Shown here piece after piece: positions 1 through 8,969 of a stretch of DNA of 64,000 nt. Both the position numbers and the translations under genes were made by a program. The DNA is from Nostocaceae cyanobacterium (GTDB taxonomy: Bacteria; Cyanobacteriota; Cyanobacteriia; Cyanobacteriales; Nostocaceae). Position 1 is the first letter of the stretch. Every line of letters begins with the position of its first letter. The DNA lies in contig JAYKJH010000239.1 of the NCBI GenBank assembly GCA_035285345.1, positions 4,840-68,839 on the forward strand, given 5' to 3'. The notes beneath the pieces are model-generated. The model worked only from the letters and a program-made list of their open reading frames with translations. It ran no database searches and had not been told where the DNA came from.

Positions 1-394
1 AGTTCTCCGTGGAACTACCCATAGCAAACTCATCCAAGTTTGTTTTCCCTACCATCACCGCGCCAGCATCTATCAGTTTTTGGGTGACAGTAGATTCATA
101 GGGTGGGATAAAGTTTTCCAACATTTTGGAAGCACAGGTGGTGGGAAAACCTTTGGTACACATATTGTCCTTGACACCAATCGGTATCCCCGCTAACATG
201 CCAATATCCTCACCAGCGGCGATTTTAGCATCTACAGCACGAGCTGTTTCTAAAGCCCGTTCTCCTGTCACGCACAAGAAACTGTGTAATTTTGGTTCTA
301 CTGCTTGAATGCGTAAGAGCGCTTCTTGGGTAATTTCAACGGCAGAACGTTCTTTGCTTACTAGCTGTTGGTGCAACTCGCGTATCGATGCCAT
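1..394 (-). CDS. gatA: Glu-tRNA(Gln) amidotransferase subunit A, N-terminal part (gene runs off the window start)
   Basis: Manual reverse translation from the ATG at 394 gives [40 protein letters not shown]...[27 protein letters not shown]...[16 protein letters not shown]. This is a typical GatA amidase-signature N-terminus. It is absent from the ORF track because it is open at the window edge. Confidence 0.9.
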   Translation of the reverse strand, partial: MASIRELHQQLVSKERSAVEITQEALLRIQAVEPKLHSFLCVTGERALETARAVDAKIAAGEDIGMLAGIPIGVKDNMCTKGFPTTCASKMLENFIPPYESTVTQKLIDAGAVMVGKTNLDEFAMGSSTEN

Positions 395-620
395 GCAGCG
401 TCCTCTTTTTCTCTCAAAGTCCAGATAGTAGTATAGATTAACAGCCTGTAGACACACGCAATTTCACGTCTGTACAGAAACTGATTTTTAGCAAAACTAT
501 TCTAGAATAACAAAATTCTCAAATAATATTATTACTATTAAATTCGCCCCCGTCAAAGACGCAAAGATTTTCTTGGCGCTCTTGGCGCCTTGGCGGTTCA
601 TAATTAAGGAGCTTAAAACC

Positions 621-728
621 GTGGTTAAAATCGTTAGCCGTAAATCTTTAGGCACACAGAATGTCTATGATATTGGTGTAGAAAGCGACCATAATTTTGT
701 CATCAAAAATGGGTTTGTAGCTGCCAAT
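621..728 (+). other. Split intein C-fragment (DnaE IntC, 36 codons ending in Asn, followed by CFN extein)
   Basis: The fragment is 36 aa with the conserved blocks QNVYDIGVE.DHNF and NGF.A.N, followed by CFNKSH. Length and motifs are the same as the known Npu/Ssp DnaE IntC. Confidence 0.85.
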
Positions 729-1976
729 TGTTTTAATAAATCCCACTCCACAGCCTATGGTTATGTAACTTATCAAACAGCATATTTAAAAGCAAATTAT
801 CCCGTAGAATATATGGCCGCGCTGTTAACTGCTAACAGTGGGGACAGCGATAAAGTCAGAATTTATATTGAAAACTGCACGAAAATGAATATCGAGGTAG
901 AACCACCAGACATAAACCGCTCAGGAGTGGATTTTACCCCCCAGAAAGGGAAAATTTTGTTTGGGTTTTCCGCAGTGCGGAATGTCGGAGAACATGCGAT
1001 TGAATGTATTTTAGCAGCAAGAAATGAAGGCGTCGAGTTTAAATCTCTGGCGGATTTTTGCGATAGAGTAGATTTACGTGCTGTCAACCGTCGCACTTTA
1101 GAAGCTTTAATTAATTGTGGTGCCTTTGACAAAATTAACAGCAACCGCCGGCAATTAATTCAAGATTTAGAATTAGTCTACGATTGGGCACAATCCCGCG
1201 CTAGAGATAGAGCAGTGGGACAGGGTAATTTATTTGATTTCTTTGGGGGTGGATTAGATAGTAATAGTAATACCAATTCTACTATTAACTCCTTTGATAG
1301 CGCTCCCAAAGCTGACCCAGTAGAAGATTTCCCGGCTCAAGAAAAGCTACGATTAGAAAAAGAATTACTGGGGTTTTATGTATCAGACCACCCACTAAAG
1401 CCACTACAAAAATCAGCACGAGTTTTGGCTCCAATTAACCTTTCTCAATTAAAGATACAAAGTGAAAATACAATTTTGTGTGCGGTGGTGATGATTACAG
1501 GAGTCAAAAAAGTCATCACCAAAAAAGGCGACCCAATGGCAATTTTACAAATTGAAGATTTAACTGGTTCATCGGAAGCTGTAGTTTTTCCTAAAAGTTA
1601 TGAAAATATTGGTGGATTATTACAAGATGATGCTCAATTAATTATTTGGGGTAAAGTAGACCGTCGCGACGAACAAACCCAATTGATTGTAGAGGATGTA
1701 GAACCCGTAGAAAGAGTACAAATGGTGATGGTACAACTCACACCCCAACAAGCAGCCACGATTGACGAACAACATCGCTTACGGACAATTTTGCAAGAAC
1801 AAGCTGGCGATCGAGAGAAGGCAAAAGTACCCGTAGTCGCTATTGTACAATCTGGAAGTTCCCGTCAGTTAGTGCGGTTTGGCAAACAATTTTGGGTACA
1901 AGATGCTCAAACAGCAACGCAAGCATTAAATAACCTCAGATTTAATGCTCATGTCCAGCGATTAACTGGGGGTTGA
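621..1976 (+). CDS. dnaE: DNA polymerase III alpha subunit, C-terminal half of the split gene (IntC plus C-extein)
   Basis: ORF 573..1976. A GTG at 621 is preceded by AAGGAG (606..611). The translation (M)VKIVSRKSLGTQNVYDIGVESDHNFVIKNGFVAAN|CFNKSHSTAYGYVTYQTAYLKANYPVEYMAALL matches the cyanobacterial DnaE IntC plus Cys+1 extein junction. The rest matches the DnaE C-terminal region (OB-fold part). Confidence 0.9.
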   Translation: MVKIVSRKSLGTQNVYDIGVESDHNFVIKNGFVAANCFNKSHSTAYGYVTYQTAYLKANYPVEYMAALLTANSGDSDKVRIYIENCTKMNIEVEPPDINRSGVDFTPQKGKILFGFSAVRNVGEHAIECILAARNEGVEFKSLADFCDRVDLRAVNRRTLEALINCGAFDKINSNRRQLIQDLELVYDWAQSRARDRAVGQGNLFDFFGGGLDSNSNTNSTINSFDSAPKADPVEDFPAQEKLRLEKELLGFYVSDHPLKPLQKSARVLAPINLSQLKIQSENTILCAVVMITGVKKVITKKGDPMAILQIEDLTGSSEAVVFPKSYENIGGLLQDDAQLIIWGKVDRRDEQTQLIVEDVEPVERVQMVMVQLTPQQAATIDEQHRLRTILQEQAGDREKAKVPVVAIVQSGSSRQLVRFGKQFWVQDAQTATQALNNLRFNAHVQRLTGG

Positions 1977-2071
1977 GATGTCCCAACTTTACGTAATCTT
2001 GAGGAAATATTACTGAGGTGATTTTTTACAAACTCCTTCACTGACTACGCCGTTATAATCCTCAAAAAATC

Positions 2072-2113
2072 GTATTTAACACTAAAAACAGAACTGTTAA
2101 TAGTGTTAAATAC
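2072..2113. repeat. 42-nt near-perfect palindrome (possible dnaE-C terminator or operator)
   Basis: GTATTTAACACTA-AA-AACAG-AA-CTGTT-AA-TAGTGTTAAATAC. The 13-bp outer arms and 5-bp inner arms are exactly complementary. Confidence 0.6.
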
Positions 2114-2194
2114 TACAGATTTTTGGTGAGATGCAACATAATTTCTGTAGGGGAGTAGTTTCTGCACCCTTATACTTGTCGTCTTTCCAAATAC

Positions 2195-2213
2195 AGTACA
2201 TATGTACTATAAT
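2195..2213 (+). promoter_or_regulatory. LexA box (AGTACATATGTACT, 2195..2208) overlapping a TATAAT -10 hexamer (2208..2213)
   Basis: The 14-bp perfect palindrome fits the cyanobacterial LexA consensus RGTACNNNDGTWCB at every position. TATAAT overlaps its 3' end, and TTCCAA lies 17 nt upstream as a weak -35. It sits about 65 nt upstream of the ORF starting at 2279. Confidence 0.6.
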
Positions 2214-2278
2214 ACAGCAATGAGAACTCGCTATGGGTGGTTAAAACCCACTTCCATCAAGCTTTGCAATGAGGGAAG

Positions 2279-2764
2279 ATGAAAGAAAACCAATACAGCA
2301 ATGACAATCACACATCGGTTAAGATTTTCCTACCAGTGGTTAGGGGTGCAAACATGGAACCTACAGTGATGGAACAACAGCAACAATTTATTGCTGGATG
2401 TCAGCGTTTGGTAGCACAAGCTCAACGGATAAATCAACTATCACAAGAGTTAGAAGCGGCGATGTTTGAACTTAAAGCGATCGCAAACTCTCTTAACACT
2501 CAAAGGCGCCAGATTAAAGGGAATTCTGTACCGCTCAAGAGTGTCTGTCAATATATGGCTATAGGTCTTCCTTTCGTTGGACAGCAACCCGATGGGTCAT
2601 TTATCCTAGCCACAAGACCAGTGGATTTATTTCATGCAGAAAAAGAAGCTGCACAGGTAGCGCAAAACCTGCGACATATCAAAAAAACACAAAAATTAAC
2701 ACCATCTGGGAATACAGCCAGGAAAAAAAGAGCCAGCAGGCAAAACAGAAGCTTCCATAACTAA
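2279..2764 (+). CDS. Hypothetical protein with a coiled-coil-like N-terminus and basic C-terminal tail; candidate SOS-regulated gene
   Basis: 161-aa ORF with GAGG just upstream of the ATG at 2279 (alternative start ATG 2354). I recognise no family. A LexA box lies in its promoter. Confidence 0.55.
   Translation: MKENQYSNDNHTSVKIFLPVVRGANMEPTVMEQQQQFIAGCQRLVAQAQRINQLSQELEAAMFELKAIANSLNTQRRQIKGNSVPLKSVCQYMAIGLPFVGQQPDGSFILATRPVDLFHAEKEAAQVAQNLRHIKKTQKLTPSGNTARKKRASRQNRSFHN
2477..2484. repeat. HIP1 octamer GCGATCGC (one example of many across the window)
   Basis: Other exact copies include 6065..6072 and 13453..13460. Many more are visible inside genes. High HIP1 density is a cyanobacterial hallmark. 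Confidence 0.9.
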
Positions 2765-3012
2765 TCTAACAGCTTGAGAAATTTTAACAGCAACTGACTT
2801 TTTAGTTAGCAGCAGCTATGCTAGTGATTATGGCAATAGTTAGTTGTTGACTGAAATTTCTCCTAGCCCTATTACCATTGCCCGCATCACCAGCCATCTA
2901 AAGCTCCCAGCTACATTACTTCGGGGAAAAATCAGCAACAAAACCACAACCGTTGCCATCAGCGGTACGCTTCTGTTCATGGTAACATTTTGCATTAAGA
3001 GGTAAATACAGG

Positions 3013-3321
3013 GTGTTAAAAACACTGATTGTTTTTGCCATTGGTTTCTTGCCGTCGCTGTATTCCCTATGGATGATGCGTAAAACCCAAGCACGCACAC
3101 GCTCCCAGCTTAGGCACGCTAGTATGACTTCTCCAATGGTAAGAATTAGGCAAAGTACTGTTGCTACTTCCTCCGAACGTTACTACCTAGAGGGCGTGGG
3201 TTACTTAATTGGTGACATTAGCTGCCAGTATAATGCTCGCTCTGGCTATATCCGCTGTGCGGTCAACCCGGAAGGACCCTGTGAGGGTTGTCGTTATTAT
3301 GAGCTACGAGAAAATTCGTAA
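3013..3321 (+). CDS. Small membrane-anchored Cys-rich protein (DUF6464-like, conserved in cyanobacteria)
   Basis: 102 aa with an N-terminal TM helix. The C-terminal motif CQYNARSGYIRCAVNPEGPCEGCRYYE matches my recollection of that family. Confidence 0.55.
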   Translation: MLKTLIVFAIGFLPSLYSLWMMRKTQARTRSQLRHASMTSPMVRIRQSTVATSSERYYLEGVGYLIGDISCQYNARSGYIRCAVNPEGPCEGCRYYELRENS

Positions 3322-3634
3322 TTCATAATTGGTAATTTTTTTCAGGGGAATTGCCAATCAGGAATTATCAACTATCGAGTTGATAAATGTGGTTTTAAGT
3401 CTGATAAATTAGTAGCGAATACAATTCGTAAATACACAAATAAAGTCATCATGCCAGACTTTATAGCGCTTCCCACGCTCGTGAGGTATGGCAAGAAAGA
3501 ATTAACCGCCGATGGAAGAGGATGGACGCTTTCTTAAGCCGATAAATTTGTACCTCAGTAGACTAGGAAACGCTATATCTGTTGTGCTAATTCCTAGATA
3601 ATACACAATCTTGAATTGGAAATTTCATTTATTC

Positions 3635-4312
3635 ATGCATTCTCATATACCTTCATCTTGGCAAACAATTATTGCTGCTGAATTGAAAAAACCCTACTTT
3701 CATAAACTGCAAAATTTCCTAGTTCAAGAAAGACAAACCCAGACTATTTACCCAGCACCAGAGCATGTTTTTTCTGCCCTAGAACTAACAGCCTACGAGC
3801 AGGTAAATGTGCTTTTATTAGGACAAGACCCGTACCATGATGATAACCAAGCCCACGGTTTATGCTTTTCCGTTCAACCAGGAATTAAACCACCCCCTTC
3901 TCTGGTAAATATTTTTAAAGAATTGCAAGCTGATATGGGGTGCAAAACTCCCAATAATGGTTATTTAGTATCCTGGGCAAAACAAGGTATTCTTATGCTT
4001 AATGCTGTGTTAACTGTGCGGGCACATACACCTAATTCTCATAAAAATCAGGGCTGGGAAACCTTCACCGATGCGGTGATTAGTAAGGTAAATGAGAAAC
4101 CAGAACCAGTGGTGTTTGTGCTGTGGGGTGCCTATGCTCAGAAGAAGCTGAAATTAATTGATAACGCTCGACATACAGTCATTCAATCTGCCCATCCTTC
4201 GCCTTTATCAGCACGTAATGGCTTTTTTGGTAGTAAGCCCTTTTCACAGATTAATGCCGCTTTACGTCGTGCAGGGAAGCCGGAGATTGATTGGCAAATT
4301 AGGGATATTTAA
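3635..4312 (+). CDS. ung: Uracil-DNA glycosylase, family 1
   Basis: Motifs GQDPYH...QAHGLCFSV and HPSPLSA are present, and the N-terminus SWQTIIAAELKKPYF resembles Ung. The ATG at 3635 is preferred over the TTG at 3611 used by the ORF track. Confidence 0.9.
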   Translation: MHSHIPSSWQTIIAAELKKPYFHKLQNFLVQERQTQTIYPAPEHVFSALELTAYEQVNVLLLGQDPYHDDNQAHGLCFSVQPGIKPPPSLVNIFKELQADMGCKTPNNGYLVSWAKQGILMLNAVLTVRAHTPNSHKNQGWETFTDAVISKVNEKPEPVVFVLWGAYAQKKLKLIDNARHTVIQSAHPSPLSARNGFFGSKPFSQINAALRRAGKPEIDWQIRDI

Positions 4313-4361
4313 TTATTAGTATTCAGCATTTATAGCAGTCCTACATCATTCTTGAGAAATT

Positions 4362-4393
4362 AGATACCCGACTTCTTAAAAAGTCGGGTATCT
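4362..4393. terminator. 13-bp perfect stem hairpin downstream of ung (dispersed Nostoc-type palindrome)
   Basis: AGATACCCGACTT-CTTAAA-AAGTCGGGTATCT. There is no clear T-run, so it may be a repeat element rather than a classical terminator. Confidence 0.45.
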
Positions 4394-4604
4394 GAGGATT
4401 TACATTCTCATTACTAGAGTATGCTGTTAAGATGTGATGAATAAGGAATTTTGACAGGACTAACACAAGTGTCACAACAAAAAATCTAAATTGATGCTTG
4501 TACTAAGCGCTGAAGCGCTTAAAATTAGCACTGAAGTGCTTACTACAAACATTAAGAATTAAAAAATACTTAAATCTAGTTTATTTATCCTGATAGAAGA
4601 TGAC

Positions 4605-5039
4605 ATGTCAATCTATTTTTATAGTCAGCTTGAGAATCCTTACGGTTGCTTCTCTAACTTCTCCCCCCACGGGTTTGAACTAGATGACCTATATTGGCCT
4701 ACCAGCGAACATTATTTTCAAGCCCAAAAATTCATTGGTACACCCCATGCTGAACAAATTCGACTTGTAAAAACTCCCAAGGATGCAGCCAGAATGGGAA
4801 GAGATAGAAAGCGTCCTCTACGTCAAGACTGGGAACAAGTAAAAGATGAGATTATGCGAAAAGCGGTGCTACGTAAATTTGAAACCCATACTGACATCCG
4901 CGAAATTTTACTTGCTACAGGTGATGAATTAATTGTGGAAAATGCTCCCGGTGATTATTACTGGGGTTGTGGTAAAGATGGTAGCGGTAAAAATATGCTA
5001 GGGATTATCTTAATGGAAGTCCGAGCAATACTTCGTTAA
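4605..5039 (+). CDS. NADAR (YbiA/DUF1768) family protein
   Basis: 144 aa with FSNFSPHGFELDDLYWPTSEHYFQAQKF and YWGCG motifs, both typical of the NADAR domain. Confidence 0.8.
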   Translation: MSIYFYSQLENPYGCFSNFSPHGFELDDLYWPTSEHYFQAQKFIGTPHAEQIRLVKTPKDAARMGRDRKRPLRQDWEQVKDEIMRKAVLRKFETHTDIREILLATGDELIVENAPGDYYWGCGKDGSGKNMLGIILMEVRAILR

Positions 5040-5344
5040 ACCTCTCACCTAGCAGCCTATTTTCATAGATAAAATCACGGGATAATTTTTTCTGATATGT
5101 ACTTATCTTGCGTAGTAATACTGGTTTATAGTTATAATTGCTGAATATTCAGCAATTATTTTTTACTATTTATATTTGTTAAAAAAAACTGAATTAAAGC
5201 CGTAATAATGCGGATAAAGCTGTAAAAACCGTAATTTAAAGTCCCCATCAAAAGTTTCCATTAAAAAGACAAATACTCCTGTTGTTTTCTCGGAAAATTG
5301 AATAAAAGTGAAAGTGCTTTTATACTTTTGGGAATACTAACGCC

Positions 5345-6484
5345 ATGACCGAGTTTAGGGACTCGAAGATGTTCAACAGCGTTAGCAATCCGCAATCACA
5401 AAATCTACTTTCCTTAAAACTATCAATTCCAGATTTGATGGACAGCGAAAGCTGCACGCTCGATCAGCCTCTGGAGGATAGTTTATCGACAGCAGTAGTA
5501 CCAGAAGACAACAACAGCTTATTAGCAGCAACCAAGCTGATGCGACAAGGCTTGGCGAATCAGCAATGTGGTAAATTAGATGCTGCTTTGGAATTATTAA
5601 AAGCAGCCAGGGCAATTTTGCAAATAGTCGGTGACACCCATAAACAAGCACAAGCTCTTTCTTATTTAGCACTAGTAGCTTATACCCAAGGAGATTACTT
5701 AGATGCTGTTACTTACTCAGAAGATTGTTTATGCTTGGCAAGGAGAAATTCCGACTGGAGGCTGGTGGTGCAAGCACTTTCCCACTTGGGTAATTCTCAC
5801 AGGCATTTGAATAACTATTTACAAGCAATTGAAAGTTTGCGAGAATGTTTGCAAATTGGCAAACGAATTCAAGACTTTCGTTCTCAAGTAGCGGCATTAA
5901 ATAATCTCGGACTCGTTTATAAAGCTTTGGGTGACTATCAAAAAGCTATTGAGTATCAGCAACAAAGTCTGGTAATTGTTAAACAAATGCAAGATAAATG
6001 GGGACAAGAGCAAGTACTGAAGAATTTGGGCAATTCTTGCTATGCTTTGGGCGATTTCAACAGAGCGATCGCCTACTACGAGCAAGGTGTTAATGTGGCG
6101 CTTTCACTTAACAACTACCGGGGTGCTATTCAAATACTGAAAAATTTGGGCAATGCTTGCTATGCTTTAGGTAATTATGAAAAAGCTCTGACCCATTACG
6201 AGCAGCGTTTGCATTTCAGTAAGCAACTCAAAGACCGACGTAGTGAGGAACAGTCTTTGAGCAGTTTAGGCATTACTTATGAAGCGTTGGGAAATTACGT
6301 CAAAGCCATAGAATACTACGAGCAGCGTCTAGCTCTAGCTAGGGAATTGAAAGATCCACACAGTGAAGAACAAGTCCTAACTTATTTAAAGCTTGCTTGC
6401 TGCACTTTAGGTGATTATGGCAAAGCAATGGAATACATTCAGCAGCGCTCTCGATTAGTCAATGAGCAATACATCAATTTTTAA
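5345..6484 (+). CDS. Tetratricopeptide repeat protein
   Basis: 379 aa with at least 7 tandem 40-aa units of the form LxNLGxxYxxLGxYxKAIEYYEQxL. Confidence 0.85.
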   Translation: MTEFRDSKMFNSVSNPQSQNLLSLKLSIPDLMDSESCTLDQPLEDSLSTAVVPEDNNSLLAATKLMRQGLANQQCGKLDAALELLKAARAILQIVGDTHKQAQALSYLALVAYTQGDYLDAVTYSEDCLCLARRNSDWRLVVQALSHLGNSHRHLNNYLQAIESLRECLQIGKRIQDFRSQVAALNNLGLVYKALGDYQKAIEYQQQSLVIVKQMQDKWGQEQVLKNLGNSCYALGDFNRAIAYYEQGVNVALSLNNYRGAIQILKNLGNACYALGNYEKALTHYEQRLHFSKQLKDRRSEEQSLSSLGITYEALGNYVKAIEYYEQRLALARELKDPHSEEQVLTYLKLACCTLGDYGKAMEYIQQRSRLVNEQYINF

Positions 6485-6564
6485 GTCGAGATTTAAGATT
6501 TGGGCAAAGCGGATTTTCTCCAGCAATCCCAAATCCTAAATTAGCATGGGAACAATCAACTATT

Positions 6565-6590
6565 CCCCTCGACTGAAAATCGAGGGGTTT
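6565..6590. terminator. Bidirectional hairpin between convergent genes
   Basis: CCCCTCGA-CTGAAAA-TCGAGGGG followed by TTT. It lies between the TPR gene (+) and the PRTase gene (-). Confidence 0.6.
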
Positions 6591-6604
6591 GTACAATTCA
6601 AAAT

Positions 6605-7300
6605 TCAAAACTTTTGTGTTCCCAGCCAGTCTTGTTGTTGCTGAAGATAACTCAGAGCTTCTTGTGTTTCCACTTGGGGAAATGCAGCATAAAAATTACT
6701 GACACTATAAAATACTTCGGGTGTAGCCAAGACAATTACGCGATCGCCTAATTTTTCCAACCATTGTAGTAAATTCAGTGGCGCTACAGGGGAACAGAGC
6801 CAAATTTCTGCGATCGCTTGCTCCCTCAAGGCACAAGCAGCTACTGATATAGTCATACCAGTGGCAATACCATCATCAACCAAAATTGCGATCGCACCTT
6901 TGGGATTTACTTGTGGACAAGCAGGATTGAATTGTATTTGTTGCCGTTGGGCTTTTTTCATCGCTGCATTCAAAGCCGCTTCACGAATTTCCCAGCTTTG
7001 TTTGTGATCCCATTTTCCCTCGTGATTCCAGAGTGCTTCTCCTGATGCTGTAACTGCACCAATTGCTAACTCTGGGTTTTCTGGGTGACTAATCTTTTTC
7101 GCCACTAATACCGTCAACGGACAAGCTAGCAGCCTTGCTACAGGTGCTGCTACGGGTAGTCCCCCCCGTGGCAATGCATAAACTATAGTAACTGGCTCTA
7201 TACCCAGATGTGTCCTTTTCTCGGATAAATTAGCTTGTACCACTTTTGCTAGTTCTTCACCAGCTTGGGTACGATTCGCAAATAACGGGGAAGGTAACAT
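6605..7300 (-). CDS. Phosphoribosyltransferase-domain protein
   Basis: 231 aa with a PRPP-binding style motif AILVDDGIATGMT and an N-terminal ALPRGGLPVA. Confidence 0.75.
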   Translation of the reverse strand: MLPSPLFANRTQAGEELAKVVQANLSEKRTHLGIEPVTIVYALPRGGLPVAAPVARLLACPLTVLVAKKISHPENPELAIGAVTASGEALWNHEGKWDHKQSWEIREAALNAAMKKAQRQQIQFNPACPQVNPKGAIAILVDDGIATGMTISVAACALREQAIAEIWLCSPVAPLNLLQWLEKLGDRVIVLATPEVFYSVSNFYAAFPQVETQEALSYLQQQQDWLGTQKF

Positions 7301-7498
7301 AAATATTTCCCCCTGGAGATGAAAGTATTTTTTATCGCCAACAGGTAATGGGTAATTGTCCCCATCCCCTATTGTTTGCTTTTATGATGACTGATTTTTT
7401 GCTCGCCAACCCAATATGATTATTTTTTTTAACAGCATAATTCCCAGTCATTTAGTTACAATTGGGGAGTTTGTGCTTCTGCCGTCATCTTCATTTTC

Positions 7499-8176
7499 AT
7501 GAGTAGCGACAACCAACTCAGTCTGTTTGACGATGCTAGCTTTAACGAAAAAGAACTGATACCCAGCAACGCCAAAATTCCCATTCCTGCTGGTACTTAC
7601 GCCACAATGGACGAATTAGCAGTCCATTGCAATCAATGTCACCGCTGTGGTTTGGCAGCAAGTCGCACTCAAGCTGTCATCGGACGAGGGAACCTACAAG
7701 CACCAATTATGATTATTGGTGAAGCACCAGGACAAACAGAAGATCAAACTGGGCTGCCTTTTGTCGGTAAATCAGGACAGTTGTTGGAAAAAATTCTCGC
7801 TTCTGTAAATCTAGATACAGAAAAAGATGTATTTATCTGCAACATAAATAAATGCCGACCGCCAGATAACCGCACACCCATAACGGAAGAAATGGCAGCT
7901 TGTAAACCCTATTTATTAGAACAAATTCGCTTAGTAGACCCGAAAATTATTCTTTTAACTGGTGCCACAGCAGTCAAAGGCTTGCTTGGGGATACACGAG
8001 GGATTACAAAAATCCGTGGACAATGGTTTAGCTGGGAAGGACGGCTGTGTATACCAATTTTCCACCCCTCCTACTTATTGCGGAATCCTTCACGGGAACG
8101 AGGTAGCCCGAAATGGTTGATGTGGCAAGATATTCAAGCCGTGCGGGCTAAGTTAGATGAAATCCGGAGTTTTTGA
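7499..8176 (+). CDS. Uracil-DNA glycosylase, family 4 (Fe-S type)
   Basis: 225 aa with CxxCxRC cysteines, GEAPGQTEDQTGLPFVGKSGQLL, and a C-terminal FHPSYLLRNP. Confidence 0.85.
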   Translation: MSSDNQLSLFDDASFNEKELIPSNAKIPIPAGTYATMDELAVHCNQCHRCGLAASRTQAVIGRGNLQAPIMIIGEAPGQTEDQTGLPFVGKSGQLLEKILASVNLDTEKDVFICNINKCRPPDNRTPITEEMAACKPYLLEQIRLVDPKIILLTGATAVKGLLGDTRGITKIRGQWFSWEGRLCIPIFHPSYLLRNPSRERGSPKWLMWQDIQAVRAKLDEIRSF

Positions 8177-8296
8177 ATCTCTAACTTTCGGATACATTAT
8201 ATCTGCAACTTCTGAAGGGTGTTATCTATTTTTCACTAGTGCAACCTTAATACATAAGCAAAATTGCTGAATATTAAAAAGCACAGGGGAACAATC

Positions 8297-8836
8297 ATGC
8301 CCGACGACGTAATAAACAAAAACCTGCCAGAAATCGACCCAACAGAGATTGAAGATTCCAGAACTATTCTAGCCAGTGAACATGGACCTTTTCTGGAAAA
8401 AGTGATGGTCAAAGGTGGATTTGCAGACCCCTATGATGCTAGAGACTTTACTGAAGTCGTGTTTCGTGTGATGCGCGACTTAATGACCACAGAAGCCGCA
8501 GATAATGTTAAAGCAGAATTGCATGAAGAAGTTCTGCATACAGATGAGAAAGCACTGCAGATGGAAATTGCCGAACTTTGGAAAGATACTAATCCCATCG
8601 TCGGATTTTTGAGTCGGGTACGTCCACCTTGGCAAGGTCCAGAACCCTTTAAGATTGATTCTGACCGCTTCCTATTCCGATGTGCCAATGAGGGAGGATT
8701 AGCACCGACCATCGAACGAGAACAGGCTGTAGAAGCAGTATTTTCTGCCACCAAAGATGAACTTTCCCCTGAAAGAATTCAGGAAATTTATAGTTGGCTT
8801 CCTGACAAAGTGCGCCAACTTTGGCAAGAGGCTTGA
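8297..8836 (+). CDS. DUF2267-like protein
   Basis: ORF 8264..8836. The ATG at 8297 follows AGGGGA. The segment ARDFTEVVFRVMRDLMTTEAA resembles DUF2267 repeats. Confidence 0.6.
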   Translation: MPDDVINKNLPEIDPTEIEDSRTILASEHGPFLEKVMVKGGFADPYDARDFTEVVFRVMRDLMTTEAADNVKAELHEEVLHTDEKALQMEIAELWKDTNPIVGFLSRVRPPWQGPEPFKIDSDRFLFRCANEGGLAPTIEREQAVEAVFSATKDELSPERIQEIYSWLPDKVRQLWQEA

Positions 8837-8930
8837 ATAATTGGTAATTCGTAATTATTATGCTTTCAATTACGAATTTGGGAAGACGTTATTTAGAACG
8901 TCTCTAAAGATTTGAGGTTACGTACAAAGA

Positions 8931-8969
8931 CCCCAAGCATTGATATTTGATGCTTGGGGCACTTTTTTT
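8931..8969 (+). terminator. Rho-independent terminator
   Basis: CCCCAAGCAT-TGATATTTG-ATGCTTGGGG followed by CACTTTTTTT. Confidence 0.75.

Noticed and set aside
863-1144. 93-aa minus-strand ORF inside dnaE-C.
   Set aside because: It is antisense to a confidently identified gene and has low-complexity composition.
2840-3100. Minus-strand ORFs (86 and 60 aa) overlapping the start of the 3013..3321 gene. An internal 46-aa hydrophobic peptide (MNRSVPLMATVVVLLLIF...) might be a small membrane protein.
   Set aside because: They overlap a better-supported plus-strand gene. I see no RBS or family signal. The hydrophobic reading is expected for the antisense of a TM-coding segment. I cannot support it from sequence alone.
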